Of a stretch of 64,000 nucleotides of DNA, positions 53,838-63,826 are shown in pieces; within the stretch, counting starts at the first letter, position 1, and every line of letters begins with the position of its first letter. The position numbers were made by a program, and so were the translations under genes. The DNA is from a virus. A model generated the notes under the pieces. The model was not told the DNA's origin, did not search any database, and saw nothing but the letters and a program-made list of their open reading frames with translations. The stretch lies in IMG/VR virus record IMGVR_UViG_3300017605_000880, positions 1 through 64,000 of that record; one strand, given 5' to 3'.

Positions 53838-56059
53838 CCGGTGAGATGTACTTCGGGGCCCCCGGGTCGCTGTTCGAGATCCCCCACCCCCGGGGCGGGG
53901 TCCAGACCAGCCGGATCCGGCCGAACTCGACGTTCCAGACCGCGTCGGGTGGGGCCCGGTTCGGTAAGACCGTCAATGGTAAACGGAAGTTTACCCTGAA
54001 CTACGAGCGGCTGTTCCTGGACACCTACGCCGACCTGCTGCAATACGAACAGGGCCACATGGGGCCGGGGCCGTTCGTCCTGCACGACCCGTCCGCGACC
54101 AACTGGTTGACCCCGAACCAGGCCGCCGCGACCTCGCTGCGCAACGACCCGCTCGGGTTCACCATTGACGACTGCTCCTACACGGTCTACGACAACTACA
54201 CCCGGTCGGCGGCGTCCGGGTGGGGCACCTCCACCTCCGGGCATGCCTGGAGCACGGTGTTGACTGCCGGGGCGATCTCGGCAGCGGTGTCGGTCAACGG
54301 CACCCAAGGGCAGGTCGCGCACAACGTGGTCGCAGCCGACTACACGTTGCTGCAACCCGGCACCTACATGGACACCTACCAGGAGATCGACGTCCAGGTC
54401 CCACTGTACGTCACCCAGACCAGCCCGCTGCAGTGGTTCGACGGTGCGCCGACCACCGGCGAGTGCGACACCCTGCTGTTGGCGCGGTACGTCGACGCGA
54501 ACAACACCTACCGGGTGTTCTGTTCGTTCCAGTCGAACGGGTTCGTCTCGATCTACCTGGATGAGCTGCTGGCCAGCGCCAGCACCACCCTGGACAGCGA
54601 ACTGGACGCGATTGCGTACGAGCCGGGCCGGCCGTTGCGGGTCGCGTTCGAGGTTACCGGCGACACTGCGCGGGCGAAGGTGTGGGACCCGTCGGCCGGG
54701 TCGCCGCCCGAAGCTTGGACGGTCACCTCGAGCCTGGCGACCAGGATCTTCAGCGGCCAGTGCGGGGTCCGGACCCGGACCAATGCTGGTAACACCAACA
54801 CGTTCCCGTTCACGGTCTCGTTCGACAACTACGTGTTGAAGCGGTGCGACGCGGCGTTGCTCGCCTACGACAACTACACCCGGACTATCTCCGGGTCGTG
54901 GGGGACCGCCGACGACACCGTCCATTCATGGGGGACGTTGGTCGGTGCGCCGAACGCGTTCAACGTCAACGGCACCACCGGGCGGATCACATTGATCGGC
55001 GCCGCGAACACCACCTACTCGGCTGTGTTCGGGACGTTCTCCGAGTTCAACATGCGGCTGCAGCTGACCAACACCTGCTCGGCCACTCCGACCGGCGCCA
55101 GCATCACCACCAACATCGACTTCCCCTACGTCGACACCAACAACTACTACCGGCTGCAGATCGTCCGGACCACCACCAACACGGTCACCGCCGAACTGAT
55201 CAAAGTGATCAGCGGGGTCACCACCAGCCTCGACGGGCCGGACACTATCTCCGGGGTGAACGCCACCTCCAACCTGTCGATCGAGATGACCCGGGACGCG
55301 GATCAGATCGGCGGGCATGGGCAGGTTTTCTGCCGGATCTGGCTCGCCACCGGGACCAAACCGACCGGGATCACCCTGACCACCACCGACACGACATTGG
55401 CCGGGAAGGGCAGCCTGCGGCTCGGGGCGATCCGCAACACCTCCAACACCAACACCAACCCGGTGGTCAGCTTCGACAGTGTCACCGTCGACTACCTGGC
55501 CACACCGTCGGTGTTGACCTCCACCCCGACCCCGGTCGCCCGGGGGCCCCGGGCGTTGGAGTGGACCCACAACGGGCTGACCGGGCTGCAGGTCCCCTGG
55601 CTCACGATCGACCCGCCGGTCCGGGAATGGCCCGGGATCCCGGTCATCTCCAACCAGGCGATCATCCTGTCGATGCAGGCCCGGGGCGGCGGGACCGACG
55701 CGATCGTCACCCTGACCCCGAAGCTGATCTGGCTGAACTACAACTGGTGCCCGATCTCGATCACCTCCGGCACCCCGGTCGTGACCTCGACCAGCTACGC
55801 CTCCATGACCGTATCCGGGACCCCGCCGTCGGGGGCCGCGTACGTGTCGTGCGTAGTCGAGGCCACCTCCGGGTTGACGGCCGGGTCGATCATCTACCTG
55901 GACCAGTTCCAGTTGGAACGCGGCTCGAGCGTCACCGAATGGCGACCCGGGACCGGTATCTTCCCAGTGGCGTTGGTATCGTTGAACGAACAATGGCCGT
56001 GGCAGGCGTGGGACTACCGCGAATCGGCGACGTTGGTGTTGCAGGAGACGGGGCCGTAA
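53834..56059 (+). CDS. minor tail protein (Dit-like, with duplicated inserted beta domains)
   Basis: Follows tape measure gene; two YDNYTR...WGT modules. Confidence 0.7.
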   Translation: MTGEMYFGAPGSLFEIPHPRGGVQTSRIRPNSTFQTASGGARFGKTVNGKRKFTLNYERLFLDTYADLLQYEQGHMGPGPFVLHDPSATNWLTPNQAAATSLRNDPLGFTIDDCSYTVYDNYTRSAASGWGTSTSGHAWSTVLTAGAISAAVSVNGTQGQVAHNVVAADYTLLQPGTYMDTYQEIDVQVPLYVTQTSPLQWFDGAPTTGECDTLLLARYVDANNTYRVFCSFQSNGFVSIYLDELLASASTTLDSELDAIAYEPGRPLRVAFEVTGDTARAKVWDPSAGSPPEAWTVTSSLATRIFSGQCGVRTRTNAGNTNTFPFTVSFDNYVLKRCDAALLAYDNYTRTISGSWGTADDTVHSWGTLVGAPNAFNVNGTTGRITLIGAANTTYSAVFGTFSEFNMRLQLTNTCSATPTGASITTNIDFPYVDTNNYYRLQIVRTTTNTVTAELIKVISGVTTSLDGPDTISGVNATSNLSIEMTRDADQIGGHGQVFCRIWLATGTKPTGITLTTTDTTLAGKGSLRLGAIRNTSNTNTNPVVSFDSVTVDYLATPSVLTSTPTPVARGPRALEWTHNGLTGLQVPWLTIDPPVREWPGIPVISNQAIILSMQARGGGTDAIVTLTPKLIWLNYNWCPISITSGTPVVTSTSYASMTVSGTPPSGAAYVSCVVEATSGLTAGSIIYLDQFQLERGSSVTEWRPGTGIFPVALVSLNEQWPWQAWDYRESATLVLQETGP

Positions 56060-58557
56060 TGCAGACCAGTCTGATCAGCCTCGGGCAGGCGTTGCGAGCC
56101 GGCGCAGTCACCTGGGATCCGCTGTTGTTCGCCGACTGGGCCGACGACGGGAACGGCGAACGCGGGTCGATCGACGACCTGTCCGGACAGGCCGGCTCCA
56201 TCCAGGTGTCGCATTCGATGGATGACGGGATGCCGGATGAGGTGTCGTTCTTGTCCGGCGGGGTCCCGACGTTGCGGACCAACCTGTCTGGCCGGGAGCC
56301 GTTGGACGGCACCGAGTATTTCTCGCCGTTCCGGACCGACTCGCCGATCTACGGGTACGATCGTGACGTCGCCGACGTAAGGCTGGACATCGCCGCTGTC
56401 ACGGCGGAAGGCATGGAGAACATCCGGGTGTTCACCGGGATCATGCGCGACACCCCGGTGCAGGGCGGGCGGGCCACGTTGCAGGCCGCGTCGGAGGCCC
56501 GGCTGTTGATGAGCAAGGTGGTCCAACCGCAGGCGAAGGCCCGCTCGAGTGGCGCCGACTCCGGGATCGTCTACGGCCTGACCGCGACCCACCCGATCAC
56601 CTGGGCGTTGCACAAGGCAGACATGGACGCGTCGCCCCCCCACCCCGACGAGGGGGTGATCTTGTGGATGCCGCTGCACGGTAGCGGCCACGCCTACCAC
56701 CCCGACGTCAACCTAGATATGCAGCAGAACGGCGACGGGATGCTGCACGCCTACACCGTCGATGCGTCCGGTGCGTCGGACCTGAACGCCGAGCCGATCT
56801 GGATCCGGGGGCCGTACGTCGGGGCGTCGTTCGCTGAGGTCCAAACCGATGGGGTGCGGGCGTTCTGGGGTGGGACGTTCAACACCAACACCGCCAACTC
56901 CCCCAGGGTGTGCGGGATCGCCGACGACGGCCAGGCGAAGATGATGTCCCAGGGGGCATACGACGCCGCTGCCGTGACCCGGCTCGAGTTCTGGGTCCGG
57001 GGCGACACCGCCGCGAACGTCAACACCACCCCGTCCGGGTCGGCGATCTTCGCCGACACCCACAGCATCTATACCGGCAAATCAGCCGCATATGTCAGCC
57101 TCAGCATGCGGTACGACTCGTTCCTGTCCGGGTTCGCGATGGGGATCGACTCGAGCCGGAACCTTTACATCTCGACCTGGGACAACACCGCCCAGAATCA
57201 CAAACGGACCGGTCCGGCGCTGCCGTCGGATGGGGCGTGGCATTTCGTCGGGTTGGCGTTCGACCCAGCCGGTGCGAAGGTCTGGTTCAACCTGGACGGT
57301 GTGATCACCACCAACACCATCTCCCCGGCGATCGTCCGGGCCAACCTCCCGCCGCTGGACTACACCACCAGCAACATCTTGACGATCAACACGTTCCTGC
57401 CGGTCGCGGAGTTCCTACTCACCGGCTACCCGGTCGATTCCGACTTCCCCACCATCGCGAACCCGGACACCGGCAACCCCTGGCTGAACAACCAGGGTTG
57501 GGAGCAACGCTCGCACGTCTACCCGTCGTGCCTACAGCTGGAGACCCTGTCCGACCCGACCCCGAGCGAGGTGTGGCAGCTGATCGCCTCCTACGCCAGG
57601 GCCGAATACGCGGCGATGACCCTCAGCGAACACGACCACTTCTACTACTGGCCACGCGGGTATTTCGCCACCGTCGCCGGGCAGACGGTCGCGCAGGAGC
57701 TGACCTCGGACTACGACACCGCCATCCCGCAGGTCGATCTGGACCACACCCGGATCCGTACCGCGTGTCGGGTGTCGTACCAGCAGACCCGGGTGGCGCA
57801 GATCGTCAACACCGAGGTGGTCGAAGTTCGGGAGTTCGTCGTATTCCCACCCGGTACGACTGAGTTCCAGGTCGCGTTCGACCACGCCGCCGTCGGGGTG
57901 GTAGGCGGGACGATGGAGCTGTTAACCGCGACCCAGGTCGCCGGGGGTGGTTTGAACCCCCAACGCAGCTACCTGTCGCTGGCGTTGGACGCCGACGCGA
58001 TCACCGGCTACGCGACATCAGCTGAGGCCCAGGTCACCATCACCGACTGGTGGGGCGGTGGGGCGACGATCCAAATCGTGAACAGCTACGGCGGGCCGCT
58101 GTACCTGTTCAACGATGGCGACACCTACCCACACCTGGGGGTGTACGGCCGGATTGTGTCCTCGAGCCGGCTGGCGGTGGTCGAATCCTACGACGCGGGG
58201 GTCACCGTCCGGGGAGAACGCGGTTTGACGTTGACGTTGGATCGGGTCCAGCGGGAAGAAGACGCCCGCCGGATGGCCCGGCGGATCGTAGTCCCGCAGT
58301 CGTTCCCGATCCCGGTCATCCGTTCGGTGCAGATGTTCGGCGACCCGCGCCGGCAGGTCGGGGATCTGATCCAGTACAGCGATGAGTTCAAGACCGGCGC
58401 GGCTGGGAAATGGCGGATCCACGCGGTGGGTCACACCGTCGACGGGGCCAGTTACACTCAGGAGGTCGCCGCCCAACGGGCGGAGTTGGTCGGGACGTGG
58501 GGCGACGGGGTGTCGACCTGGGGCAGCGGCGTCTGGGCCGGGCTGGAGGAGGCGTAA
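56059..58557 (+). CDS. minor tail/baseplate hub protein with LamG-like insert
   Basis: TAATG overlap; RVFTG, DGAWHFVG, GDPRRQVGD. Confidence 0.7.
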   Translation: MQTSLISLGQALRAGAVTWDPLLFADWADDGNGERGSIDDLSGQAGSIQVSHSMDDGMPDEVSFLSGGVPTLRTNLSGREPLDGTEYFSPFRTDSPIYGYDRDVADVRLDIAAVTAEGMENIRVFTGIMRDTPVQGGRATLQAASEARLLMSKVVQPQAKARSSGADSGIVYGLTATHPITWALHKADMDASPPHPDEGVILWMPLHGSGHAYHPDVNLDMQQNGDGMLHAYTVDASGASDLNAEPIWIRGPYVGASFAEVQTDGVRAFWGGTFNTNTANSPRVCGIADDGQAKMMSQGAYDAAAVTRLEFWVRGDTAANVNTTPSGSAIFADTHSIYTGKSAAYVSLSMRYDSFLSGFAMGIDSSRNLYISTWDNTAQNHKRTGPALPSDGAWHFVGLAFDPAGAKVWFNLDGVITTNTISPAIVRANLPPLDYTTSNILTINTFLPVAEFLLTGYPVDSDFPTIANPDTGNPWLNNQGWEQRSHVYPSCLQLETLSDPTPSEVWQLIASYARAEYAAMTLSEHDHFYYWPRGYFATVAGQTVAQELTSDYDTAIPQVDLDHTRIRTACRVSYQQTRVAQIVNTEVVEVREFVVFPPGTTEFQVAFDHAAVGVVGGTMELLTATQVAGGGLNPQRSYLSLALDADAITGYATSAEAQVTITDWWGGGATIQIVNSYGGPLYLFNDGDTYPHLGVYGRIVSSSRLAVVESYDAGVTVRGERGLTLTLDRVQREEDARRMARRIVVPQSFPIPVIRSVQMFGDPRRQVGDLIQYSDEFKTGAAGKWRIHAVGHTVDGASYTQEVAAQRAELVGTWGDGVSTWGSGVWAGLEEA

Positions 58558-59037
58558 ATGACGATCGTTGCCCCAGTCGACGGCGACCCGATCGACCCGC
58601 AGTGGGCGCAGGACATCACCACGCTGATCAACTCGTTGGATTCAGCCAGCCAAGCCGAATCGGGTGTCTGGACCGCTTACACCCCGACCTGGACCAACGG
58701 CGGCAGTATCGGCAACGGCACCCTGACCGGGCGGTACAAGCAGGTCGGCAAGACCGTCCGGTTGAAGATCTACCTGTTGGCCGGGTCGACCACCACGTTC
58801 GGGGCGGGGGTGTGGTCCTGGAGCCTGCCGGTCACCGCGTTGGTCACCGCACGCGACTGCGGCTCGGTGTACATGTTGGATGCGGGGACGGCGAACCGCA
58901 GCGGGTCGTGCCTGTTGAACACCACCACTTCGCTGTTCGCGATCTCGTCGGCCGACGGCGATGTCAGCCCGACCGTCCCCCAAACTTGGGCGGTCAACGA
59001 TGCATTCGTCGCCAGCATCACCTACGAGGCAGCATAG
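58558..59037 (+). CDS. tail fibre/receptor-binding-like protein
   Basis: WTAYTPTW...GNGTLTGRYKQVGKTV...SLPV...ITYEA. Confidence 0.7.
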   Translation: MTIVAPVDGDPIDPQWAQDITTLINSLDSASQAESGVWTAYTPTWTNGGSIGNGTLTGRYKQVGKTVRLKIYLLAGSTTTFGAGVWSWSLPVTALVTARDCGSVYMLDAGTANRSGSCLLNTTTSLFAISSADGDVSPTVPQTWAVNDAFVASITYEAA

Positions 59038-59050
59038 AGGGGAGTCGGGG

Positions 59051-59350
59051 ATGGTCGAGTTTGTCGCCCTGCCAACCGGGGGGCAGTACATGGCGGACGG
59101 GCATGGGCAGGCCGAGAAGGACCTGCGGGACGGGTTGGCTGCTACGCTGGGGGATGTGCAGCAGGCTGGAGCGGCGATCTTGGCGGAGGCGTGGTACGCC
59201 GACGGGCATGGATTCGGCCACGACTGCGCACTGCACCAGGATGTGGACCAGTCGATGTGGGCGCCGGGTTGCCACGACGGGGGGTTCCGGCCGGTGACGG
59301 TCGCCACCGTACGGTCGAGCCCGGGGGGAGTGAGGCGGGCAAATGGTTGA
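59051..59350 (+). CDS. hypothetical protein
   Basis: GAGGGGAG SD. Confidence 0.55.
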   Translation: MVEFVALPTGGQYMADGHGQAEKDLRDGLAATLGDVQQAGAAILAEAWYADGHGFGHDCALHQDVDQSMWAPGCHDGGFRPVTVATVRSSPGGVRRANG

Positions 59351-59576
59351 CCTGCGAGAGCCGACCCAGCTGCGGGTGGAGATGCTCGACAAGGACGACA
59401 GGCTGGTGTCGGAGGTGATCCTCGGCGACGACGAACCGGTGGTCTCGCCAGAACAGGCCGCCTCGATGGCGTTGCACGCCGACACGGTGACCCGGGCGAA
59501 GGTGTACGACATGGCCGGGGTGCTGCTGCTGGACCGTAGAAAGGACCCGGACGGCAATGGGTATCTGGACGCCTGA
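59343..59576 (+). CDS. hypothetical protein
   Basis: Overlaps neighbours. Confidence 0.55.
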   Translation: MVDLREPTQLRVEMLDKDDRLVSEVILGDDEPVVSPEQAASMALHADTVTRAKVYDMAGVLLLDRRKDPDGNGYLDA

Positions 59577-60411
59577 AGCCACATACGTCGGCCCGACCCC
59601 GAACAAGGGCGGGTCGATGCTGGAACAACGCGGGTTAGTGCTGCACGTGATGCAGGGCACCCTGGCCGGTTCGGTCAGCTGGGGCAAGAACCCAGCCTCG
59701 AGCATGTCGTTCCATTTCGGGACCCGCAAATCCGACGGGTTGGTGCAGCAGCTGGTCGACACCAGCATCGCCGCGTGGACCCAATGCAACGGCAACGGCC
59801 GTTGGATCTCGGTCGAGAACGAGGACTACTCGGGGAATCCACTGTCGGACGCCCAGATCGAATCGATCGCCAGGCTGTACGCCCGGGGCCACCGCGAATA
59901 CAGCTGGCCGTTCCAGATCGCCGACAGCCCAAACGGCCGGGGTTTGGGCTGGCACGGGATGGGCGGGGTCGATTGGTGCAACCACCCGACTTGCCCCGGC
60001 GAGCCAATCAAGCAGCAACGTCCGGCGATCCTCGCGCGGGCCGAGCAGATCGTGAACGGTGGATCCACACCGGTACAGCAACTAGAAGGAGCAGACATGT
60101 TGATCGCGAAGTCGGGCGCTGGCCCGAACGGCGAGGACACCGACCACAGCCGCTGGTGGTGCGGTACGGGCGTCCACTTCGTCGAGATCACCAAGGCGGA
60201 AGCCGACACCAGGATCCACGCGCTGCGCAACTTCTACGGCGCCCCGAACGCCACCATCCTGACCTGGGGCGACTCCTCGCCGGAGGCCGTCCAGCGCAAC
60301 ATCGGCCCGGTTGCGGCCGGGACAGCCCCGGGCGGCGGGCCTGTGCCGTTGACCTACGACCAGACGGTCCAGGCGGCTCGCGACGGCGCCAACCTAGCCG
60401 AAGACAGTTAG
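59557..60411 (+). CDS. endolysin, N-acetylmuramoyl-L-alanine amidase (Amidase_2)
   Basis: VLHVMQG, SFHF, QLVD..AAW, ISVENE, GWHG, TCPG. Confidence 0.85.
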   Translation: MGIWTPEATYVGPTPNKGGSMLEQRGLVLHVMQGTLAGSVSWGKNPASSMSFHFGTRKSDGLVQQLVDTSIAAWTQCNGNGRWISVENEDYSGNPLSDAQIESIARLYARGHREYSWPFQIADSPNGRGLGWHGMGGVDWCNHPTCPGEPIKQQRPAILARAEQIVNGGSTPVQQLEGADMLIAKSGAGPNGEDTDHSRWWCGTGVHFVEITKAEADTRIHALRNFYGAPNATILTWGDSSPEAVQRNIGPVAAGTAPGGGPVPLTYDQTVQAARDGANLAEDS

Positions 60412-60480
60412 CCGTGGGCTCCCCCCTGGGAACGCCCCACCCGGCAGAGAGGGAGCACCCGTGGTTGACTGGAACCGGAG

Positions 60481-60735
60481 TTGCTGAACACCCTGGTCAC
60501 CGGCGGGGTGATCGCCTCCCTGGTGGGGGCGATGATCACCCTGGTCCGGATGGCGGTCTCAGCGGAGCGGCGCCGCGCCGACGATTGGCGTACCGCCGCG
60601 ACGACCTCGGCCGAGGCGAACAAGGTCCTGTCGGGCAACCTCGAGAAGCTGATCAACACGGTGGACCAGATGGCCAACGCGCAGCACGAGATGATGCAAC
60701 TGCTGCGGAAGGTGGCAGACGGGGGCCCGTCGTGA
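60481..60735 (+). CDS. holin-like membrane protein
   Basis: N-terminal TM helix plus coiled coil, after lysin. Confidence 0.55.
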   Translation: MLNTLVTGGVIASLVGAMITLVRMAVSAERRRADDWRTAATTSAEANKVLSGNLEKLINTVDQMANAQHEMMQLLRKVADGGPS

Positions 60736-60950
60736 TCAGGTGGCCCTGGCGCGGGCGGGTGGGGAAACACCGCAACGGCAGTGCTGCCAAGCAGGCGGTC
60801 CAACAGGCTCAGGATTCGCTGGCCAGCGCGACCCGCCAGACCGGACACGCCGACCAGGTGGCGGAACGCGGCCGGGCTATGGCCGACCGGGCTAGCTGGT
60901 TTACTCAAGACATGGAACGGGCGTTGCACCTGAGACGGGGGTCAGCGTGA
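60732..60950 (+). CDS. hypothetical protein (lysis cassette)
   Basis: GTGA overlaps; IRWPWR...NGSAAK...WFTQDMERAL. Confidence 0.55.
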   Translation: MIRWPWRGRVGKHRNGSAAKQAVQQAQDSLASATRQTGHADQVAERGRAMADRASWFTQDMERALHLRRGSA

Positions 60951-61234
60951 GGGGGGTCCTTACTGCCCTGGTCGTCCTGTCCATCGCCGTCACGACGTGG
61001 TTCGTGCTCCGGTTGGGCAACCCGCAGCGCAGCGCCGACCCGTCGGCGGCGTGGCTGTGGGCTCTGCTCGGCTGGGTCACGATCGCACTCGATGTCCTGC
61101 TGCTGCTGATCCTGCTGCACATCCGGTACCCCGCGTGGGTGGCGGCGGCGGTTCTGACAGCGCAGGACATCATCTACGTGTGGCGGTCGGTCCGGTTGGA
61201 GAAAGCCCGCAGGGCGGACAGGGAGAACAGCTGA
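60947..61234 (+). CDS. putative holin (3 TM)
   Basis: Three hydrophobic segments. Confidence 0.6.
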   Translation: MRGVLTALVVLSIAVTTWFVLRLGNPQRSADPSAAWLWALLGWVTIALDVLLLLILLHIRYPAWVAAAVLTAQDIIYVWRSVRLEKARRADRENS

Positions 61235-61587
61235 TGGATGTCAAGGCGTGGGTTTATGCCGGGTTGCGGACCTTCGCGCAGGCGTTGTGGGCGTTGCTGG
61301 TGACGTTCCTGGCGAAGAAAGGGATCACCCTGCCGGACGCCCTGCAGGGCTGGTTCGTCGACGTGGTGATCCTGTCGACGGTGATCGGGGCGGCGACGTC
61401 GGGGATCCGGTGGATGGAGACCCGCAAGGGCGACCAGTGGCATGCGAGGCTGCTCCGTGGGATCGCCCACATCCTGATGCTCGGCTTGTCGGCGAAACAG
61501 CCGACCTATTCGACGTCGGATTCGCGGGCGGCGGCGGTGGAGGTCACCCACGCGAACGGTCAGGTTGTGTCGAGCTTGCGCGAGTGA
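61234..61587 (+). CDS. membrane protein / putative holin
   Basis: LRTFAQAL N-term; TM segments. Confidence 0.6.
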   Translation: MDVKAWVYAGLRTFAQALWALLVTFLAKKGITLPDALQGWFVDVVILSTVIGAATSGIRWMETRKGDQWHARLLRGIAHILMLGLSAKQPTYSTSDSRAAAVEVTHANGQVVSSLRE

Positions 61588-61614
61588 TAGCGTAGCTGGA
61601 GGCCAGACAAGCAG

Positions 61615-61645
61615 CAGCCCCCCCGACCGACGTCCGGGGGGGCTG
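61615..61645. terminator. bidirectional hairpin terminator between convergent operons
   Basis: CAGCCCCCCCG...CGGGGGGGCTG. Confidence 0.65.
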
Positions 61646-61648
61646 ATG

Positions 61649-61855
61649 CTATTCTGGGGGGGTTCCCTCGGTCTGCATCGGTGGCAGCCCCCCGCGACCC
61701 GGGGGGCTGTCATTTAACAACGGGCAGCGGATGGTGATCACCCATTTGCCGAACCGGTACCGGGCCCACATCTGCAGACCCGCGACCGCAGCCGGGTCGT
61801 CGTACTCCCACTGGAATCCGCCGCCGTAGGGTCGGGTCAGTCGTTGCGGATCCAC
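61649..61855 (-). CDS. hypothetical protein
   Basis: Last gene of leftward operon. Confidence 0.45.
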   Translation of the reverse strand: MDPQRLTRPYGGGFQWEYDDPAAVAGLQMWARYRFGKWVITIRCPLLNDSPPGRGGLPPMQTEGTPPE

Positions 61856-62181
61856 AGCCGGCCGTCGTCCCCCCGGATGTGCCCGGTCTCGATGTGCCCA
61901 GCACCGAGCAACGTCCCATACATGGACACCATCGCCTGGTGGGCGTTGCGGATCGCAACCAACCGCTGGTACGGGTAGAAGTCCCGCAGCAGGGTCTTGC
62001 CCATGTACTTGTCGTCGATCTGCGACCCGTCGGCCAACGCCATCCGGCCTTGCTGTTGGGCTGCGCCTTTCTCCGCAGCCTCAGCTTCGTACGCCTCGAT
62101 CTTGGCCTGGGTCCGTTCGGCCTGGTCGGCGTGCCAGATCATCTTCGCGTGGTTGCTGCTACGGCCGGATATCTTCGCCAC
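61837..62181 (-). CDS. hypothetical protein
   Basis: GGGAGG SD. Confidence 0.6.
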   Translation of the reverse strand: MAKISGRSSNHAKMIWHADQAERTQAKIEAYEAEAAEKGAAQQQGRMALADGSQIDDKYMGKTLLRDFYPYQRLVAIRNAHQAMVSMYGTLLGAGHIETGHIRGDDGRLWIRND

Positions 62182-62518
62182 GGTGGGCCTCCCGGTCGTG
62201 TTCGACCAGCAGCTGGCACCAGCCGGGCAGGTCGGGCATGAACATCTTACGGTAGACGTCGCTGCACCGGGCCTGCCCGTCGCGGCCGTCTTTCAACACC
62301 GACACCCCGGCCAGGATGACGTAATCGACCTCCCCGTCGGTGCTGTGGATGGTGACCTCGGTGGGGCGGATCCTGTGGCTGTGGTGCCGGCGCGGGATCG
62401 GCGCCGCACCGATGACCTTGTATTCGGTGGTCCGCTCCCGGGAGGTGAATGTCGTCTCGGCGGTGATCTCCGGGACCAGGTCGCCGGTTTGGCGCAGAGT
62501 GAACGGTTCGCCGGTCAT
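62159..62518 (-). CDS. hypothetical protein
   Basis: ATGA overlap. Confidence 0.6.
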   Translation of the reverse strand: MTGEPFTLRQTGDLVPEITAETTFTSRERTTEYKVIGAAPIPRRHHSHRIRPTEVTIHSTDGEVDYVILAGVSVLKDGRDGQARCSDVYRKMFMPDLPGWCQLLVEHDREAHRGEDIRP

Positions 62519-62979
62519 GCCGCTGCCTCCTCGGCCTTCGCCGGGGTGGCCTTGCGGGGCCGCCCGCCGCGACGCTTCGGCGCCTCCAGCTCCGGCTTGG
62601 GCTCGGCGACGATCGGCAGCGGGTAGGCCAGCTGGACCCGGGCGATCTGCGCGGTGGACAACGCCCAGACGGTGTCGTTGTCGGTCCGCAGGATCAACAG
62701 GTCGGAGTTGGATCCGGTGGTGGTGGCGGCGACGGCGACAAGCTCGCCGACGTACTGCTGGTCGCCCATGGCGGCGACCCGGCCGAACCAGCGCTCGAGC
62801 ACGACCCGGTGTCCGACGAACGGGCGCATGATCTCCTTACGGGCTGGGCGCTTCAAACGCCACAGGGGGGTCTCGATCGGGTCGAGTTCGCCCCGGACGG
62901 GCTTGGTGCCGACGGTCTGGTCGAATAGGGAGATCGGCTCCGCCGGGGCAGCAGGGGCGGTGGTCGTGGGGTCGGACAT
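62515..62979 (-). CDS. hypothetical protein with AT-hook-like tail
   Basis: AAGGAG SD; KRRGGRPRKA. Confidence 0.65.
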   Translation of the reverse strand: MSDPTTTAPAAPAEPISLFDQTVGTKPVRGELDPIETPLWRLKRPARKEIMRPFVGHRVVLERWFGRVAAMGDQQYVGELVAVAATTTGSNSDLLILRTDNDTVWALSTAQIARVQLAYPLPIVAEPKPELEAPKRRGGRPRKATPAKAEEAAA

Positions 62980-62981
62980 GG

Positions 62982-63158
62982 TCAGTTCTCCTTCTGGTTG
63001 AGGTACTGCAGGTAGGCGGATTGGCGGATTCGGAACTGGCGCCCCACCCTAACGCTGGTGATGGCGCCGGTGCTGAGCAGCCGGAAGACGGTCATCTTCG
63101 ACACCCGCAGGTCGCGGGCGATCTCGGCGGGGGTCAGGAACGGGTCGTCGTCGTTCAT
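62982..63158 (-). CDS. excisionase-like HTH DNA-binding protein
   Basis: FLTPAEIARDLRVSKMTVFRLL..GAITSVRVGRQFRI. Confidence 0.85.
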   Translation of the reverse strand: MNDDDPFLTPAEIARDLRVSKMTVFRLLSTGAITSVRVGRQFRIRQSAYLQYLNQKEN

Positions 63159-63427
63159 AGCAGTTCCAACCCGGGGAAGTAGTAGATGTGCTCGTCCAGG
63201 ACGCGGGGGCCGGTCCGGACGATCGCGGCGAGCAGGTGTGCGTCGCCGACCCCGATGTGGTGTACGGCGGCGAGGATCAGCAGCGCGAGTTTCTGTGCCG
63301 ACCCGACCAGGGCGGGGTGTCCGTTGTGGGCGTGGGTGGTGCGGATCCCGGCGTCGCGGTTCATCGCGAGCCACCGGTCGGTGTTGACGATCAGGGTGAC
63401 CTTCTGCTCGTCGGCGGGGGCGGTCAT
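63155..63427 (-). CDS. hypothetical protein
   Basis: ATGA overlap; IYYFPG C-terminus. Confidence 0.55.
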   Translation of the reverse strand: MTAPADEQKVTLIVNTDRWLAMNRDAGIRTTHAHNGHPALVGSAQKLALLILAAVHHIGVGDAHLLAAIVRTGPRVLDEHIYYFPGLELL

Positions 63428-63639
63428 GGCAGGGCTCCGATGCTGGTCACTTTCAGGACGACCGAGGGCCGTTCGGTCTGCGGGAACCACATCCGGCCGA
63501 CCACGTCCCACACCCAACCGTCGATGACCATCAGATCGCCGACGGCGGGGACGTGCTCGAAGCCGAGCCGTGCAACGTCCCGATGCGGCGGGTTGCCGTC
63601 GACCAGCCGCAGCCATATCGCGCCCTGGCTATCGGACAT
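63424..63639 (-). CDS. hypothetical protein
   Basis: HVPAVGDLMVIDG..WDVVGRMW. Confidence 0.55.
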   Translation of the reverse strand: MSDSQGAIWLRLVDGNPPHRDVARLGFEHVPAVGDLMVIDGWVWDVVGRMWFPQTERPSVVLKVTSIGALP

Positions 63640-63826
63640 CGGGACCCCCCCAGGGCTTCGGACCGTTGTCGAATGCCGTCTGCAGTCGGGCCATCCGGGC
63701 GTCCCACTCCGGGGTGTGGACCAGCCCCCGGGCCTTCTCGGAGTTGTAGTGCGCCAGCTGGGAGATCCAGTCGGCGTTCGCTCGAGCCCACCGGCGGTAC
63801 TCGGGGTCGGTCCTGCGTCTGAACAT
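63629..63826 (-). CDS. hypothetical protein
   Basis: GAGAGGG SD; YNSEKARGLVHTPEW. Confidence 0.6.
   Translation of the reverse strand: MFRRRTDPEYRRWARANADWISQLAHYNSEKARGLVHTPEWDARMARLQTAFDNGPKPWGGPDVR

Noticed and set aside
54844-56058. N-terminal extension making a 1237-aa tail protein
   Set aside because: It overlaps the upstream gene out of frame and is Arg/His-rich noise; the real start is ATG 56059 (TAATG overlap, AGGAG SD).
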